A stretch of 64,000 nucleotides of DNA, from NCBI GenBank assembly GCA_965223075.1, contig OZ244986.1, positions 3,116,101-3,180,100 of the forward strand, given 5' to 3'. Of the stretch, positions 19,652-29,156 are shown piece by piece. Every line of letters begins with the position of its first letter. The stretch's first letter is position 1. Origin of the DNA: Candidatus Marinacidobacterium sp. (GTDB taxonomy: Bacteria > Acidobacteriota > Vicinamibacteria > Marinacidobacterales > Marinacidobacteraceae). The notes beneath the pieces were generated by a model. It saw only the letters and a program-made list of their open reading frames with translations. It had not been told where the DNA came from and did no database searches. The translations under genes were made by a program, and so were the position numbers.

Positions 19652-21709
19652 ATGACCCGAACCCTCCGCCTCCACCTCATCCCCGTTGCGGCCGTCGCCC
19701 TGCTCCTCCTCGCCCTTCCCGCGTTCGCGCAGGAGGAGGCCGAGGAGACCACCGGTCCCGAGCCCACCGAACTCGTCGTCACCCCGAGCGAACTGACGCT
19801 GGAGGTGGGAGCGAACGCCACCCTCGAGGCTGAGGTGCGCGACGCCGACGGCAACGCGATGGAGCGCACGGTGGTGTTCTTCTCGCGGAGCCGCCGCTCG
19901 GTCGGGGTGAACCCCGCCGGGATCGTGGAGGCCTTTCGGCCCGGCGAGCACACCCTGATCGCCATGGTGCCGAGGAATCCGGAGCACACCGACCGGCGCG
20001 CGGAGCCGGCGGTCATGGTCGAGATTCCGGTTACCATCCCGAACCCGCCGGTCGCCACCGTCGAGGTCGCGAATCTGCCTGGCCACGTCTACGCAGGGAC
20101 CGAGGTCGGGCTCCGTCCACTGGTTACGGACACCTCGGGCGCCACCCGGAACGACGTGGGGGTTCGCTGGAGCACCGCCGATCCGTCGGTGGCGGGGGTG
20201 GACGCACTCGGGATGCTCAGCCTGACGGGGGCCGGTCGCACGACCCTCACCCTCTCCGCCGAAGAGGCTTCGACCGACGTCGGGATCGAGGTGCTTCCGA
20301 ACCCGGTCGCCTCGATCACCCTGACCGGGACCCCGGCGGAGGCCGTGCGCACGGGTGACGTCGTGTTCTTCGAGGCGAAGGTCACCGACGCCTCCGGAAA
20401 CGCGGTGCCGGACTACCCGGTCCAGTTCGCGACTCTCGGGATCCCGGCGGACGGCATCGTGGCGCCGGGGGCCATCGGCCAGGTGGACGAGTCCGGCGCG
20501 TTCGTGGCGGAGCGTTCGGGCACCCACACGGTGATCGCCGACGGGTTCACGACCTCGACGAGCGCCACGGTCGCCGTAGTGGCGCGCAAGGTGCGGAAAG
20601 ACGTGGAGATCGTGGGGCAGGGCCCGGTCCGCGACCGGTACACCTCGGACCTCTGGGTCTGGGAGGGCATCGACGGCCGGGACTACGCGGTGACCGGGAC
20701 CTGGGGCGCCGACGGCCACGCTTACTTCTGGGACGTTACCGATCCCTCCGCGATGTCGCTCATCGACACGGTGCGGGTGGACGCCCGGACCGTCAACGAC
20801 GTCAAGGTCTCCGAAGACGGAAAGTTCTGCGTGATCAGCCGGGAGGGCGCTTCGAACCGGAAGAACGGGCTCGTGATCCTCGACGTCAGCGATCCGCAGA
20901 GCGGCGTCCAGGTCATCGCCCGCTACGACGATCAGCTCACCGGCGGGGTCCACAACGTGTTCATCGCGGAGGAGCACATCTACGCACTCTCCGCGGGCCG
21001 GCGTTTCGACATCCTGAACGCCGAGGATCCGGAAAACCCCTACCGGGTCGGGCGCTTTGAGCTGGATACGCCGGGCCACTCCATCCACGACGTGTGGGTG
21101 GTGGACGGGATCGCGTATTCGTCGAACTGGGATGACGGAATTGTCGCGGTGGATGTGGGCGGCGGCGGCATGGGCGGCGCGCCGAACAACCCGGTGCTGC
21201 TGGGGAGCGCCCCGCATCCGAGCGGCTGGAACCACGCCGCCTATCCCTATAAGAGCCAGTCCACCGGCAAGTTCCTGATGATCGGGGGCGACGAGGCGTT
21301 CCCCTACCAGACCATCGGAGAGGCCAACACCCCTGATCGGGCCGCCGGCTGGATTCACATCTTCGAGTGGGACGAATGGGAAGAGGCCCGCGAGGTGGCG
21401 CGCTACCAGGTGCCCGAGGCCGGAACCCACAACCTGTGGGTCGAGGACGACATCCTCTACATCGGTTACTACAACGGCGGCCTGCGGGTGGTGGACATCT
21501 CCGGCGAACTCCGCGGCGACCTCTACCGCCAGGGCCGCGAGATCGCGGTCTTCTGGCCGCAGGATCCGGAGAGCTTCATCCCGAACGCGCCGATGGTCTG
21601 GGGACCGCAGCCCTACAAGGGTCACATCTTCGTCGCCGACCACCATTCGGGTCTGTGGGCGGTGAAGCTGGTGGATCCGGAGCCGGTGAACCTGGGCGAA
21701 CCGCAGTAG
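19652..21709 (+). CDS. Ig-like plus LVIVD protein, paralogue 4
   Basis: Full-length homologue; ATG 19652 matches the start of paralogue 3. Confidence 0.9.
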   Translation: MTRTLRLHLIPVAAVALLLLALPAFAQEEAEETTGPEPTELVVTPSELTLEVGANATLEAEVRDADGNAMERTVVFFSRSRRSVGVNPAGIVEAFRPGEHTLIAMVPRNPEHTDRRAEPAVMVEIPVTIPNPPVATVEVANLPGHVYAGTEVGLRPLVTDTSGATRNDVGVRWSTADPSVAGVDALGMLSLTGAGRTTLTLSAEEASTDVGIEVLPNPVASITLTGTPAEAVRTGDVVFFEAKVTDASGNAVPDYPVQFATLGIPADGIVAPGAIGQVDESGAFVAERSGTHTVIADGFTTSTSATVAVVARKVRKDVEIVGQGPVRDRYTSDLWVWEGIDGRDYAVTGTWGADGHAYFWDVTDPSAMSLIDTVRVDARTVNDVKVSEDGKFCVISREGASNRKNGLVILDVSDPQSGVQVIARYDDQLTGGVHNVFIAEEHIYALSAGRRFDILNAEDPENPYRVGRFELDTPGHSIHDVWVVDGIAYSSNWDDGIVAVDVGGGGMGGAPNNPVLLGSAPHPSGWNHAAYPYKSQSTGKFLMIGGDEAFPYQTIGEANTPDRAAGWIHIFEWDEWEEAREVARYQVPEAGTHNLWVEDDILYIGYYNGGLRVVDISGELRGDLYRQGREIAVFWPQDPESFIPNAPMVWGPQPYKGHIFVADHHSGLWAVKLVDPEPVNLGEPQ

Positions 21710-21743
21710 CGAGGGAACGTCAGTCTCCCGCCCGCCCGCGCGG

Positions 21744-22559
21744 TTACTCCTCGCGCCTCCCGGGAGCGCCCGGCAGCAGCGAAATGAGCCGGGCTCTGAC
21801 TTTTCGCGCCGCCGCTTCCAAATCCCACGAGTACCCGTGCGCGAGCAGGGGGGTGATGTCGCTGCCGAACTGCGGGTCGCGAACCTTGGCGGTGAGGTTT
21901 CGTTCAAACGTCGCGCGCCCTACGGGACCATCGGTGCGCGCCATGTGTTCGGCGAACGCCTCTGCGACGCGGGCGGGATTGACGGCGGCTCTGTCGAGAG
22001 CGGTGGCGAGATCGAACAGGTCGCGGCCCTTTTTGCGCTGGTAGAGCGCCCGCAACTTGGTGGCGAGCAGTTCGTCAAGTTCGTAGGTCACGACATCGGC
22101 GATTCCGCTGAACCAGCGCGAGGTTACGGTGAACGGGATTCTCACGAGCCCAAACACGGAGTAATGCTCGCGCGAGCTGATCTCGACCTTCAGGCGTAGC
22201 CGCAAAGGGGGCGTATCCTCGGAAGTGAAGCGGTAGATGAAGGTGACGCGGGCCTCGGTCTGCTTCCATTTCGGTTTGCCGAGCCAGGGATCCAGAGCCT
22301 CCCGCACGCCGTCCATGACCGGACCGATGGGTCCGGGGGCGGTCTGCACCAGATCAATGTCCTCCGAGTACCGCGCGGGCGGCGTCAGATAGAGCTTGTA
22401 GAGCGCAGTACCGCCACGAAACGCCAGCTCGCTGGCCACCGCCTCTTGGGAGAAGAGTTCGACCAGTGCCCGGGCGACGACCAGGTCCTGCTCGACCTGA
22501 GCATCCTGGACCCAGGGCGCCCGCGCTCGCCACTCGGTGACGTAGTCGCGCGGGATCAC
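21744..22559 (-). CDS. abiEii: AbiEii-family nucleotidyltransferase toxin (type IV TA)
   Basis: QVEQDLVVARAL, FRGGTALYKLY, RYSEDIDL and KLRALYQRKKGRDLFD. The GTG start overlaps the antitoxin stop. Confidence 0.9.
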   Translation of the reverse strand: MIPRDYVTEWRARAPWVQDAQVEQDLVVARALVELFSQEAVASELAFRGGTALYKLYLTPPARYSEDIDLVQTAPGPIGPVMDGVREALDPWLGKPKWKQTEARVTFIYRFTSEDTPPLRLRLKVEISSREHYSVFGLVRIPFTVTSRWFSGIADVVTYELDELLATKLRALYQRKKGRDLFDLATALDRAAVNPARVAEAFAEHMARTDGPVGRATFERNLTAKVRDPQFGSDITPLLAHGYSWDLEAAARKVRARLISLLPGAPGRREE

Positions 22560-23362
22560 GTCTCTACCTCGACTTCGGCGTTGATGCGCAGTCGCCACCG
22601 CCGGTCACGCGGCGGTCGGCCTTCGCTCGGGCTGCCCGGCACGAGCAGCACGGTGTCGTGCGCGCGGCGGCGCACGTCGCGCTGGAGGGACGATGCCTTG
22701 TCGGCGGCGCCAACAAGTTCGAGCAGGTGTCCGAGGCGCTGCGCCCAGGAGACCGGGGCCGTCTGGGCTGCCGCGGCGAGCCGATCCGGATGGATGTGCT
22801 CGGCGAGTTCCGCAATGATGGTCGCCGCCTGAGCCAGTCCCCCGATGCGTTTCTCGTAGCCGACCAGATCAACCGCGGTTGCTTCGAGGCTCGATACCCG
22901 GATCGCCCCCCGCGGCGTGTTGAAGTTCTGGACGGGAACCTCGGCGAGGTGCGAGCGGGTGATGAAGGAGACTGCGACTTTGCTGCAGGACATCGGCCGG
23001 CGATACCCGGCCAGCGCTACCTGGAAGGTTTGCGGGCGGTGGTGCGCGGCGCCGTGGTACTGGGCTGCCGACAGGAGCGCGGCGTAGTAGCGCCGATCGA
23101 GATGGGCCATTAACGCGGGGACGAACTGCTCGGCCGGCAGGCAGCCGAGGCGCCGGTACTCGGGGGGCACGACCACGTAGAACCCGCGCGCGGGACTCGC
23201 GATCAGCCCTTTGTTCGCCAGCCGGCTCAGAGCGAGTCTGGCCGCTGCCGGCGAGACGCCGAGCAACCTGCGCATCTCCGTCGCCGTGAAGTGATATCGG
23301 CCGTCAGCCGCAAGATCGGCAACCAGGCTGTTGGCCCGGCGTGGCCGTGTCTCCGATTTCAT
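22556..23362 (-). CDS. abiEi: AbiEi-family antitoxin
   Basis: N-terminal wHTH (RYHFT...LSRLANKG...RGFYVVVPPEY), YYAALLSAAQYHG and EATAVDLV; coupled to abiEii. Confidence 0.88.
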   Translation of the reverse strand: MKSETRPRRANSLVADLAADGRYHFTATEMRRLLGVSPAAARLALSRLANKGLIASPARGFYVVVPPEYRRLGCLPAEQFVPALMAHLDRRYYAALLSAAQYHGAAHHRPQTFQVALAGYRRPMSCSKVAVSFITRSHLAEVPVQNFNTPRGAIRVSSLEATAVDLVGYEKRIGGLAQAATIIAELAEHIHPDRLAAAAQTAPVSWAQRLGHLLELVGAADKASSLQRDVRRRAHDTVLLVPGSPSEGRPPRDRRWRLRINAEVEVET

Positions 23363-23376
23363 CGGAACAATATATC

Positions 23377-23389
23377 AGTATTCGATACT
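23377..23389. promoter_or_regulatory. Candidate AbiEi operator (inverted repeat in an AT-rich promoter)
   Basis: AGTAT-TCG-ATACT, 15 bp upstream of abiEi. AbiEi proteins are known to autoregulate through promoter inverted repeats. Confidence 0.4.
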
Positions 23390-23422
23390 TTATGCAGATG
23401 TTTACTATATCGCTCGTGAGCC

Positions 23423-23548
23423 GAGGACGACATTCTCTACATCGGATACTGCCACGGCGGCTTGCGCGTCGTGGACATCTCCGGCGAACTGCGCGGCGAC
23501 CTCTACCGCCAAGCACGCGAGATCGCGGTCGTCCGGCCGCCGGACCCG
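23423..23548 (+). pseudogene. Short internal duplicate of the LVIVD paralogue 4 3' region
   Basis: Translates to EDDILYIGYCHGGLRVVDISGELRGDLYRQAREIAVVRPPDP, matching 21443-21568. IGY plus EIAV together are diagnostic of paralogue 4. Confidence 0.85.
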
Positions 23549-23624
23549 TGTCGCCCCGGCCGCCAAGCCCCGCCCACGGCCCGCGGCTCCCTATACTCCG
23601 CGCCGCAACGAGGGGTGCAGAAAG

Positions 23625-24362
23625 CTGGAGCGCATCGAACCGGGACTGGTGGACGTCATTTGGCTGGGCGTCCTGATCCTGGTTTCGGGCGTGTCGGCCT
23701 GGTCGGGCGCCCTCGCCGTTCGTGATGCCCGAGGGACGCCACCGGCCGAACTGACGGCGGCCGAAAAGCGCTCCATTTATCGGCGCGGAAGCGCGATGCT
23801 GTGGATGCTCGCGGCGGGGACACTGGTCTGGTGGCTCCTCGCGGGGCGGGATCTGGCCTCGCTGGGCTTGGCGGCGCCTCGCTGGACCTGGCCGGCGGCC
23901 GGCGCCGCCCTCGCCCTCATCGTCTGGCTGGCCGCGGATACCGCGAGGCAGACAGCCCCTTCGCGGATCTCCGGCACCCGGAAACGATGGCGGATCCAAA
24001 ACCCCTACATTCCGGTCTCGGGGGCCGAGTTCCGGAGCTACGCAGTCCTGGCCGTGAGCGCCGGGATTGGCGAGGAGATTGCCTACCGGGGCTTCATGAT
24101 CGCTGTCCTCCGCGCCTGGCTGGGCCCCGGATGGGAGGGAGCTGCGCTCGCGGTCGGATTACCGGCCCTCTTCTTCGGGGCCGCTCACGCCTCCCAGGGA
24201 TGGCGCGGCGTCGTCGGGGCCGCGGGGGGCGCCTTGGCGTGGGGATTCATGGTGATCGAAACCGGTTCCGTCTGGCCCGGTATCGTGTTCCACGTCCTGT
24301 GGGATCTGCTCATGGGACTGCTGGGATTCCGGCTCCTGCGGCCTTCCCCGACCGATACCTGA
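23625..24362 (+). CDS. CPBP (CAAX/Abi) family intramembrane metalloprotease
   Basis: GIGEEIAYRGF, FFGAAH and FHVLWD motifs. The start is uncertain: CTG 23625 (after TATACT and GAGGGG) or GTG 23649. Confidence 0.85.
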   Translation: MERIEPGLVDVIWLGVLILVSGVSAWSGALAVRDARGTPPAELTAAEKRSIYRRGSAMLWMLAAGTLVWWLLAGRDLASLGLAAPRWTWPAAGAALALIVWLAADTARQTAPSRISGTRKRWRIQNPYIPVSGAEFRSYAVLAVSAGIGEEIAYRGFMIAVLRAWLGPGWEGAALAVGLPALFFGAAHASQGWRGVVGAAGGALAWGFMVIETGSVWPGIVFHVLWDLLMGLLGFRLLRPSPTDT

Positions 24363-24449
24363 TCAGGACTCTGGCTGGATTCGCGTTCGGAGCCGGCGGG
24401 GGGCGGATGCGTCGTAAGCCGCATCGGGTGCGGCCGGGTTCACAGTTGT

Positions 24450-24660
24450 AGTGAAACCCGCGGGAGCGCCGAGACGGGCGAGGCCCAGTTCTCGCGGCGG
24501 GTGCCGGCTGAAGCCGGTGGCCAGTTCTCCCGGTGGGGGCCCCGGTCTACGCGTCCTCCACGCTGATCAGCCAAGCGCGGTTCCGCTGCGCGTTGCGCAG
24601 CGGATGCTGGCTGAAGCCGGCGTTCCTTGACCGGCGCGCCATGCAGGCCCTCCGCGTTGC
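24450..24660. repeat. REP-like cluster with the 15-bp insert
   Basis: GGCC-AGTTCTCCCGGTGGG-GGCC at 24519-24541, and a degenerate copy at 24487-24501. Confidence 0.7.
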
Positions 24661-24691
24661 AGGAGCCGCCACAGGTTGCTAACTCCAGGGA

Positions 24692-26671
24692 TCACTCCCC
24701 GGTGGGGTAGCGGATGTCGGTGGTCAGGAACTCCTCGAAGAAATTCAGCATGTCGCTGAGTTTCCGGATCGTGTTCTCCCTCCCGTACACGTAATACCCC
24801 TCATCCGGATACGCCTTGTATCGCACGATCTTGTAGTACTGGTCGAGTTTGCGCGCGAAGTTCAGCGCGGCCTGCGGTTGGCCTTCGCGAATCCGCCAGC
24901 CGGCCGCCACTCCTTCACCCTGGATCACGAAGGTCGGCGTCGTGACCTGGTGCGCCTTCAGGATGGCGGAGCTGTTCCGGTACGTCTCGCGGTTTTCGGG
25001 ATACGGGCCGAGTTCGTACTCGAGCAGCTTGATGTGCTGGAGCTCCTGGACCGTGGTGTGGAACTCGGTCATGTCGCCGTAGCCCGACAGCGAGATGGCC
25101 GCCTGGAAGACCCCGGGGGCGAAGGCGACCGCCGCCATGGTCATGATCCCGCCGTAGCTGGTTCCGGTGATCCCGATCCGGTCGCGGTCCACGTCGGAAC
25201 GGCTCTTGAGGTAATCCACCCCCGCGAGGACGTCCTCGAGGTCGCAGTGTCCCCAGCAACCGTTGTTGAGGTCCTCGAAGGCGAGGCCGTAGCCGGAACT
25301 GCCGCGAATGTTCGGCATGAGCACGACGTAACCGCGCTGGGCGAAGAAGTGGACCTGCTGATGCCGCCGGAACTGGTTGTCGAACTGGGACGTGGGTCCG
25401 CCGTGGATCCAGAGCAGGCCGGGGAAGCGTTCGGCGGGAGCTGCGTCCGGCGGCCGGTGCAGGTAGGCCTCGATGGTGAGGCCGTCGGTGCTCGGGTAGC
25501 GGATTTTTTCGGGGAGCCGGATTCGGGGGTTGGCGTCCAGGCCGATTTCGCTGTGCACCAGCGCGCTCTCTCCCGAAGCGACGTCGAGCACGAAAAGCTC
25601 CGCGGGACGCACCGGGGTCTCGAAGGTGTAGCTGATCCGGTTCCCCTCGGGCGACCACTCGGGACGGAGCGCCGCTCCGGCCTCCCGCTCCACGAGAGTC
25701 CGGCCCCCGGACCCGTCCGCCGCCGCCAGCCGCAGGGAATGCACGCCGCCCTGGTTCTCGGTGTAGCTGACCCAGGCGCCGTCGGGCGACCAGCGGGCGT
25801 CGCTCTGGTCATGGTCCGAAGCCGCCAGGGGCCGGGGCTCGCCCCCCGTGCGCGGCGCGATCCAGAAGTTCAGCCAGCCGCTGCGCTGGGAGCGGAAGAG
25901 CAGGTGCTCACCGTCGGGCGACGGTTGGACGGCGCCGAACGCCCGGCCCGCGCGGTAGTCGAAAAAGCCGCGGTCCGTCACCACGGTGCGCGGATTCCGG
26001 CCGTCAGGGGTGATCTCGATCACGTCGTGATCCACCCAGCGGTCGTCCATGCGCACGTAGAAGAGCGCCCCGGAATCCGGGGCCCAGCTCGGATACCCCT
26101 CGTAGAGCGGGTCGCTGGTCAGCCGGTGCACCTCTCCCCCGGCGACCGACACCTTCCAGATGTCCATGTTGCCGAACCGGTCGCCGGCGAACGCGATCCA
26201 TGCCCCGTCCGGAGACCAGGAGAGCCCGTTCGCCCGCGCCGAGAGCCGGGTGAGCCGCCGGTCCGTGCCCTCCTCGGCCGACCACAGCCAGATGTCGGGC
26301 GCGCCGTCGCGGTCGGAGGTGTAGGCGACGAAGCGCCCGTCGGGCGACCAGACCGGCTGCGGGGCCCCCAGCGATCCCACCCCGCTGAGCGTCAGGTCCC
26401 GGGTGAGAATCCGGAACGACCTGTCCTCGGGGTCCACGCCGGCGAGGTCGCCCGCGGCCGACACGAATGTGATCAGGGATCCGTCCGGCGCCCATTGCGG
26501 GGAAAGACTTCCCCCGACCGCGGCTCGAAGGTCCATCAGTGCGGCGGCGCCGATCGGGCCGGCAGCCACGTCGGCGGCCCCGGGCGGCGGGCCGCTTTCC
26601 TCCGGCGAACACGCGAGCCCCCCGGCGAACGCGAATCCGGCCGCGATGACGGAAAAACGGTGCTGTCTCAT
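24692..26671 (-). CDS. S9-family peptidase homologue (PD40/TolB-like propeller plus alpha/beta hydrolase), lipoprotein-like, catalytic His/Asp not conserved
   Basis: GGLAC lipobox-like motif, WSPDG repeats, IHGGP, NIRGSSGYG and GTSYGG. The C-terminus reads IQGEG...YPDEGYY instead of HGxxD...EGH. Confidence 0.88.
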   Translation of the reverse strand: MRQHRFSVIAAGFAFAGGLACSPEESGPPPGAADVAAGPIGAAALMDLRAAVGGSLSPQWAPDGSLITFVSAAGDLAGVDPEDRSFRILTRDLTLSGVGSLGAPQPVWSPDGRFVAYTSDRDGAPDIWLWSAEEGTDRRLTRLSARANGLSWSPDGAWIAFAGDRFGNMDIWKVSVAGGEVHRLTSDPLYEGYPSWAPDSGALFYVRMDDRWVDHDVIEITPDGRNPRTVVTDRGFFDYRAGRAFGAVQPSPDGEHLLFRSQRSGWLNFWIAPRTGGEPRPLAASDHDQSDARWSPDGAWVSYTENQGGVHSLRLAAADGSGGRTLVEREAGAALRPEWSPEGNRISYTFETPVRPAELFVLDVASGESALVHSEIGLDANPRIRLPEKIRYPSTDGLTIEAYLHRPPDAAPAERFPGLLWIHGGPTSQFDNQFRRHQQVHFFAQRGYVVLMPNIRGSSGYGLAFEDLNNGCWGHCDLEDVLAGVDYLKSRSDVDRDRIGITGTSYGGIMTMAAVAFAPGVFQAAISLSGYGDMTEFHTTVQELQHIKLLEYELGPYPENRETYRNSSAILKAHQVTTPTFVIQGEGVAAGWRIREGQPQAALNFARKLDQYYKIVRYKAYPDEGYYVYGRENTIRKLSDMLNFFEEFLTTDIRYPTGE

Positions 26672-26799
26672 GACCCCGGCTCCTTCTCGATCCGGCCGCG
26701 ACCCCGGCGGCCGGAACACAGGACGGAGACTACTGGATGCGCGACGCGGATTCCGCGCCACGAGGGGTCAACAGCCTGTGGAGAAAGTGACGTGAGCAC

Positions 26800-27750
26800 C
26801 GAGAACGGCCAGTCCTCCCGGTGGGGAGCCGTTTCAGCCGGGATGCATCGCCGTTCGAATGCCGTGTGACTTTTTCCACCGGCTGTTAGCCCGCATTTCT
26901 CATACTCACCGTCGCAGGAAGGGCTCGACTCGCCGCAGCACGACGGCGGGGACGGCTTGGAACGCCGGCCTCCGGCCGGCACAGCCCGCCGAAGGCGGGC
27001 GGCGGGAAGGACTCCCCGTTCCGGGGTGGTCCCTTGACGGCGGGAATCTCAGCGTTCGGCGGGATCCGTACAACGGAGTGGCAGACGCCGTTTGTCGCAG
27101 TGCGGGCCACGTGCCTGCGTTCCGTGAAGGCGGACGGCAAGGAACCGCCCGTGACCCTGGGGGTCGCTGTGTTGGGTCCCACCGGGAGAAACGCGCATGA
27201 TCGGTCCGTCTGCACACCAAGCCGGGCAAGAAATGCCGCGGCACTCACGCTGGCTTGGTGCCGCGTCATCCGTGCTGGTTTCGCGCTCCCGCGCGTGCCG
27301 GCCGGAGGCCGGCTTTCCAAGCCGTTCCTGCCGTTGCGCCGTTGGCCATACGCCATCTCATCTGTTGGGGGGTACGTGCCGAGACGGGAGCCATCCCGGC
27401 GATTGAGGTCTTCGCCGCCGCGGTCCTGCGGGCCGCTGTGCCGGCCGGAGGCCGGCGTTCCAAGCCGTCCCCGCCATGGCGCCATCAGCTCTACGCGCTC
27501 TCGGGTCCATCCGCGCTGTCGGCGTCCGGTCGCGCCTGCTATTCACGGCAACCGGTGGGAGGTCGGTGTCCCCTATCCACACCCCGTCACGTCGATCAGC
27601 GCCGGCGCGTTACGCGTAACCGGCATCCCCGTCAGCAGGTTGCGATGCCTTGGCGTGCGCTCCGGGCCGTGAGTATGAGAAATGCGGGGTAGGAGCACGT
27701 GGTCCTTCAACCCGGGACTGGTGGACGCCGTCTGGAGGGGCGTCCTGATG
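26800..27750. repeat. Large composite REP/BIME-like cluster (about 0.9 kb non-coding)
   Basis: Hairpins at 26959-26982, about 27297-27320 and 27438-27461; modules B and C; a 15-bp insert variant at 26811-26825. Confidence 0.8.
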
Positions 27751-27872
27751 CGGACCCCGGCGGGCTTCTGACGCTGATGCGGGGACGGCCTCCGAGCGGG
27801 TAGTCTCTCCCCTTCATCCAGCGTATCTGCGGGAGGGCCGTCCGCCCTGCCGCAAGACCAGGAGGAGACACC

Positions 27873-29144
27873 ATGTTCCGAAACAGGACCGGCGCGCTTT
27901 GCGCCATTCTCTTAGCCGCCCTTTTGCTTCTTGGCGCGTGCGCTCCTACCGAGGAGGCGCCGCAGTCGAACGCCACCGTGTTCCACGGGGCGACGGTGAT
28001 CGTGGGCGACGGCAGTGACCCGATCGAAAACGCCACCTTCGTCGTGGAGGACGGCCGCTTCGTCGCTGCGGGCGGGGCGGACGAGGTCATGGCGCCGGAG
28101 GGCGCCGCTCATGTGGATCTCAGTGGCCGGACCGTCATTCCGGCGCTCATCGATACGCATGTGCACCTCTCCGTGCCGCGCGACGCCCTGATTGACGATC
28201 TGCAGCGGCGCGCCTACTACGGCGTCGGGGCCGCGGTGAGCCTCGGGCACGACGACGGCGACGCGACGGCCGCGGTCCGGGACGCCCCCGTCGCGGGAGC
28301 GGCTCGCGCGATGACCGCCGGCCAGGGGATCACCCGGCACGAGCCGGGACGCTCGGAAGTCCCCTACTGGATCAACACTCCCGAGGAGGCGCGGGCGGCG
28401 GTCCAGGAACTCGCTGGCGCAAACGTGGACTTCGTGAAGATCTGGGTGGACGACCGCGGCGGCCAGTTCGACAAGCTGACCCCGGAGCTCTACGGCGCCG
28501 TCATCGACGAAGCGCACCAGCACGGCTTGCGGGTGACCGCCCATATCTTCTCGCTCGAAGATGCCAAGGGACTGCTGGAGGCCGGGGTGGACTCGTTCGC
28601 CCATAGCGTCCGGGACATGGACGTGGACGACGAGTTCGTGGCGATGGTCCAGGAGCGGCCGAACGTCGTCCTGATTCCGAACCTTGGCGGCCGCGGCGTC
28701 CATGATGACGTGAGCTGGCTCTCCGGGACCCTGACCGCCGAAGCGCTCGAGCAGGCCCAGGCCGCGCACATGGACCGTCCGGAGGCCCACGAATCCTTCG
28801 GCATCCAGGCGCGCAACCTCGCGCGGCTGAACGAGGCCGGGATGAAGATCGCCATGGGCACCGACGGGAACGCCGGCTGGCGGCCCCACATCGAGATGCT
28901 GGACATGGTGGAGTCCGGGATGAGCCCGCACGAGGTGATCGTCGCCTCCACCGGGGCCGCCGCCGAGTACCTGATGATGGACGACACGGGCACGATCGCG
29001 GCCGGTAAGAGCGCCGACTTCGTGGTCCTCGAGGCGAACCCGGTTGAGGACATCACGAATACCCGGCGCATTGTGTCCGTGTACCTCGGGGGCGAGGAAG
29101 TGGACCGGGCCGGCCTGAGCGCCGGCTGGGTCGGGAGCCAGTAA
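27873..29144 (+). CDS. Amidohydrolase-family lipoprotein
   Basis: LLLGAC lipobox, IDTHVH, VKIW, TAHIF, FAHS, MGTD and GKSADFVVL. Confidence 0.9.
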   Translation: MFRNRTGALCAILLAALLLLGACAPTEEAPQSNATVFHGATVIVGDGSDPIENATFVVEDGRFVAAGGADEVMAPEGAAHVDLSGRTVIPALIDTHVHLSVPRDALIDDLQRRAYYGVGAAVSLGHDDGDATAAVRDAPVAGAARAMTAGQGITRHEPGRSEVPYWINTPEEARAAVQELAGANVDFVKIWVDDRGGQFDKLTPELYGAVIDEAHQHGLRVTAHIFSLEDAKGLLEAGVDSFAHSVRDMDVDDEFVAMVQERPNVVLIPNLGGRGVHDDVSWLSGTLTAEALEQAQAAHMDRPEAHESFGIQARNLARLNEAGMKIAMGTDGNAGWRPHIEMLDMVESGMSPHEVIVASTGAAAEYLMMDDTGTIAAGKSADFVVLEANPVEDITNTRRIVSVYLGGEEVDRAGLSAGWVGSQ

Positions 29145-29156
29145 GCGCTAGCCGCG

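Noticed and set aside
7606-21709. Diversity-generating retroelement or shufflon acting on LVIVD 3' ends
   Set aside because: No reverse transcriptase or invertase is in the window, differences between copies do not look adenine-specific by eye, and all copies are in direct orientation.
7567-21907. Long minus-strand ORFs antisense to the LVIVD genes (7567-9381, 10775-12280, 15042-17144, 19523-21907)
   Set aside because: These are shadow frames produced by strong GC3 codon bias; they have no recognisable motifs and mirror the sense genes.
23625-24362. CPBP ('Abi') protease as a third component of the AbiE system
   Set aside because: The name overlap is historical; it is divergently oriented and separated by an LVIVD fragment, and nothing in the sequence links them functionally.
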